DNA of 11,974 nucleotides. Source: Octopus sinensis. Taxonomy: Eukaryota. Below are positions 8,880-11,974 of this stretch, in pieces. Each line of letters starts with the position of its first letter. Positions within the stretch are counted from its first letter, which is position 1. A program made the translations under genes and the position numbers. A model generated the notes under the pieces. The model was given only the letters and a program-made list of their open reading frames with translations. It was not told the origin of the DNA and searched no databases. Location of the stretch: NCBI RefSeq assembly GCF_006345805.1, contig NW_021826838.1, positions 1 to 11,974 on the forward strand. The letters run 5' to 3'.

Positions 8880-9002
8880 TATATATGTTTATGTGATAAT
8901 ATAATATACATACACACACATACATACATATATATATATAAATGTGTAAATATATATATATAAATATATATATATTATATAAATATATATATAAATGTGT
9001 AA

Positions 9003-9052
<50 letters not shown>

Positions 9053-9096
9053 CACATTTATATGTATATATACGCACACACAGAAATAAAACACAT

Positions 9097-9127
<31 letters not shown>

Positions 9128-9187
9128 CATTTATATGCACACATACATACATATGTGAGTGTGTGTGTGTGTGTGTGTAAGTGTGTA
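8880..9187. repeat. Long compound (TA)n/(CA)n/(TG)n microsatellite field
   Basis: Direct. Confidence 0.92.
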
Positions 9188-9507
9188 TAAACCCCCGCAT
9201 CCTTGGTCGATTAGCTTTTGCGTTCTGGAGACGTTTTCTTGACCCAGTTATCGCCCTGCTAACAACCTCTCCATCGTCCCGTTCTCCTAGCTTTCTAACC
9301 AAGCATGAATCCTCATTAATCTTGCTCACTGAAACAAAGAGCCTCGTTGTGAAACAGCTTGCCGTCTCAGCAGGTTTTTTTTTTGTTTTTGTTTTATTTC
9401 TGTTGTTTTGTTTTTGTTTTGCTTTTCAATTTTTTTTTCTTTTTTTCTTACAGCCCCGCATAAGAAACAAATATATTAAAATTAAAAAAATAAACAACAA
9501 AAAAAAT

Positions 9508-9627
9508 TGTGTGCGCATGCGTATATATTTATGTGTGTGTGTGTGTGTGTAGATATGTATATATGTATACATAAATATAATTTATATTTATCAATTTATC
9601 TCCCCTCTCTCTCTCTCTCTCTCTTTA

Positions 9628-9662
<35 letters not shown>

Positions 9663-9690
9663 GTCTGTGTATATACTATGTATACATACA
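9508..9690. repeat. Compound (TG)n/(TA)n/(TC)n microsatellite field
   Basis: Direct. Confidence 0.9.
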
Positions 9691-9771
9691 TCTAAAAACG
9701 CTTGCTGTTTCATTTATAAGCACAGACACGTTAAGCGTGACGGCTATATATTGCAATGTCATGAGACCGTC

Positions 9772-10172
9772 AACTCCTCCTCCTCCTCTTGCTTCCCTCC
9801 TCTTCCTCCTCCTCCTGCTCCTAGTCCTCCTCCCCTCCCCCTTCTTATTCTTTCTGTTTTTCTTCATTCTCTGCTCCTCTCCTCCTCTCCCTACCTCTCC
9901 CTTCCTCCTCCTCCCCTCATTTCCCCCTTCTTCCTCTTCCTCCTCCTCGTCCTCCACTTCGTTCTCGTCCCCCTCCATGTTCTCGTCCTCGTCCTCCTCA
10001 TCACTCTTCTTTTCCTCCTCATACTCCTCCTTGTTCTTTCTCTCCCTCCATTTCTCTTTTGCCTTTTACTTCTCTTCATCTTTCTTCCCTCCTCCTCCTC
10101 CTCCTCCTCCTCACCACCGCAACCACCACCACAACAACAACAACAACAACAACTACTACTACTACTACTACT

Positions 10173-10213
<41 letters not shown>
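9772..10213. repeat. Polypyrimidine (CCT/CTT) low-complexity tract ending in (CAC)(CAA)(CTA) runs
   Basis: Direct; it accounts for the long low-complexity ORFs at 9631-10342. Confidence 0.92.
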
Positions 10214-10214
<1 letters not shown>

Positions 10215-10443
10215 TTGTTTTTGTATCTGTCAGAATACAAATGACCATCAGTGAACGATGGAACCTCTGTTTAGTCACTCAAGCAGCTAAAAACGGAACC
10301 CAAATCTCCCTCAAAATAATATATTCTATCATCACGAAATAAGGACACATTTGGTTAATGTACCACTTATACGTAATAAAATTTCTAACTGGCAAACCTT
10401 TCACCGACTCAGTGAAGTTTCGCCTTTGGTTAAAAAGTTCCTA

Positions 10444-10540
10444 TGCGCAGCACCCCGAGGAAGTATCTCCCACTGTAGCCACGCGCCGAAAATGATTTGT
10501 GAGATGAATTTGCTCGGCCGAAGCTGTGTGGAAGCCCGTC
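10444..10540 (+). mobile_element. Old, diverged copy of the central (CORE-like) segment of SINE family 1
   Basis: TGCGCAGCACCCCGAGGAAGTATCTCCCACTGTAGCC...TTGTGAG...GAAGCCCGTC aligns colinearly by eye with about 2598-2691 and is followed by a (CA) tract where the family has its internal microsatellite. Confidence 0.65.
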
Positions 10541-10561
10541 ACACACACATACACACTTATA

Positions 10562-11428
10562 CAGGATGTCCCAAATGTCACTGTACACTTTGTTTTTCTA
10601 TTTCGTTTCAGCTACCATTCCGAGAGACGTGAGGCCACCAGCACTTGGCACCTTAGGCTTTGAAGGTTTTGTACGTGTATCATTCCCTTGCGCATGGCTC
10701 GTCGCCAATTGATGTCAGAGCAGCGTTACAAAATTTCCGTCTGGCGAGTTTTTCACTTCCTCACTGTAGTTCATCAGAAGTTTAAGAAGGTTTATGGCCT
10801 TCACACTGCTCCAACGCGTAGCACAATTTATACTATCCATAGCAAGTTTCTCTAAACAGGAGCTGTTCTTGTTAAAACCACGCAGCGGAAGGGCCTGTTA
10901 CTACAACCATTGATGAAAACGCCGAACTCCTGAAACAGGCGTTCCCGTAAAGCCAGAGGAAGTCCATCCGGAGGACTGCACTGGAACTCAGCATCAACAA
11001 AACCTCGATTCAGCAGATGCTTCGGAGAGCGATAAAGCTCCATCCGTACGGACTTCAGGTTGTTCAAAGGCTTCAAGCGGAAGATTATGATGTTCGTGTG
11101 AAATGTGTGAATCGCTCCTCCACCATTACCAAAACGACTCTCAATTCTTGGAAAACTTATGGTTCAGCGATGAGTCTATCTTACATCTCTCTGATCAGGT
11201 AAACCGACACAATTGTCGAATTTGGGGAAAATCAAAACCAGCAGAAATTCTCAATCACGAACGGGACTCTCCGAAGCTGATGGTATAGTGTGCCTTGGGC
11301 AAGGGAATGATACACTTACGAAAATGCAAAATTTAAGATGTCAAATGCTGATGGCCCCAATTCTCTCTGAATGATACCTGAAACGAAATAGAAAAAAGAA
11401 AGTGTACAGTGCCTCTTGGGATACCCTG
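10562..11428 (+). mobile_element. Tc1/mariner-superfamily transposon with long imperfect TIRs, internally deleted
   Basis: TA flanks at 10560-10561 and 11429-11430. The outer 29 bp match at 24/29 (CAGGATGTCCCAAATGTCACTGTACACTT versus the reverse complement of 11400-11428). Similarity continues inward to about 10698/11291, with 22/24 over GTGTATCATTCCCTTGC.CA.GGC. Confidence 0.92.
10694..11294 (+). pseudogene. Tc1/mariner transposase pseudogene (N-terminal HTH through first catalytic Asp; rosa/DD41D-like by motif)
   Basis: Reassembled translation MARRQL...PTRSTIY...KPRSGRP...SIRRTALELSI...LHPYGLQVVQRL...WFSDES...VNRHNCRIWG...SPKLMV*CA. Stops at 10853, 10948 and 11286; frameshifts near 10877-10893 and 11103. 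Clade assignment is inferred from the FSDE..VN.HNCRIWG..SPK..VWCA pattern. Confidence 0.88.
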
Positions 11429-11526
11429 TATATAAAGTTCAAGTTAACAGAAAACAAAAGACGATGGTAGGCGAGAGAACAAGAAGCAGGTGTATTAGTT
11501 TGACGATCGAGAAGAATGGAAAAGTT

Positions 11527-11560
11527 TTTGACGTTTCGAGCCCACGCTCTTCGACAGAAA
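11527..11560 (-). ncRNA. Minimal hammerhead-like motif with variant CUGUCGA core (left arm)
   Basis: UUU - CUGUCGA - A - GAGC gugg GCUC - GAAA C G UC - AAA. Confidence 0.6.
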
Positions 11561-11713
11561 GAGAATATAAAAAATAAAAAAAAAATAGAGAGAGAAAAAA
11601 ATATGTAAGGATTAGCGGTTTAACATGATGATATCACCAGATGTTAAACTGTTAATCCCTACACATTTTTCTCACTGTTTTTTTCGTTCTCTCTCCATTT
11701 TCCCCTCTCATCC

Positions 11714-11749
11714 ATTTCTGTCGAAGAGCGTAGGCTCGAAACGTCAAAT
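11714..11749 (+). ncRNA. Minimal hammerhead-like motif with variant CUGUCGA core (right arm)
   Basis: AUUU - CUGUCGA - A - GAGC guag GCUC - GAAA C G UC - AAAU; predicted cleavage after 11745. Confidence 0.6.
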
Positions 11750-11908
11750 ACTTTTCCATTCTTCCCGAGCGTGAAACTAATACACCAGTTTGTAGTTCTC
11801 TCACATGGTTACCCCAGTTCGATTCTGCCTGACTGGACTTCCTCCTCTCTTTGATTCACATCGCTCCTGCCTCCTTCTCGAACTTTTGATACCGTAATAT
11901 ACGGCTCA

Positions 11909-11974
11909 AAGTTACAGAAAACAAAAGACGAAGACAAGTGAGAGAACTACAAACTGGAAAAGTATTTGACGTTT
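11909..11974 (-). repeat. Third copy of the foldback unit, with a 29-nt deletion, cut by the window end
   Basis: 11909-11931 repeats 11441-11464 directly. GTGAGAGAACTACAAACTGG is the exact reverse complement of 11785-11804, and TGGAAAAGTATTTGACGTTT is the exact reverse complement of 11739-11758. Confidence 0.85.

Larger units (their letters stand above)
11473..11802. repeat. Foldback inverted repeat (arms 11473-11626 and 11641-11802), probably inverted terminal repeats of a Penelope-like element
   Basis: Arms are reverse-complementary: GGTGTATTAGTTT/AAACTAATACACC, GAAGAATGGAAAAG/CTTTTCCATTCTTC, TTTGACGTTTCGAGCC/GGCTCGAAACGTCAAA, TTTAACAT/ATGTTAAA; 14-nt spacer. The PLE assignment is inference. 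Confidence 0.85.

Noticed and set aside
9631-10342. Long ORFs of 207 and 201 aa and overlapping minus-strand ORFs
   Set aside because: They are translations of CCT/CTT/CAA/CTA microsatellites (poly-S, L, P, T, Y) with no domain content.

Overview
Repeat-dense, apparently non-genic eukaryotic DNA. The SINE types and the many (AT)n/(CA)n/trinucleotide tracts suggest an octopod cephalopod such as Octopus; this is an inference from recalled repeat families, not a database search. No host protein-coding gene is supported, and nearly all long ORFs in the track are microsatellite or SINE read-through. Supported content: (i) two internally deleted Tc1/mariner DNA transposons (about 453-1477, interrupted by a SINE with a perfect 17-bp target-site duplication; and 10562-11428, with about 137-bp imperfect TIRs and TA flanks); (ii) several full or partial tRNA-derived SINE copies whose heads and tails are visibly shuffled; (iii) many microsatellites. 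The strongest signal not shown in the ORF track is six minimal type I hammerhead-ribozyme-like motifs from five unrelated sequence contexts. One (1901-1988, minus) has a fully canonical core and a long stem II. Two form the arms of a 330-bp foldback and share a non-canonical CUGUCGA core. All folds were paired by hand; none has been computed or tested.
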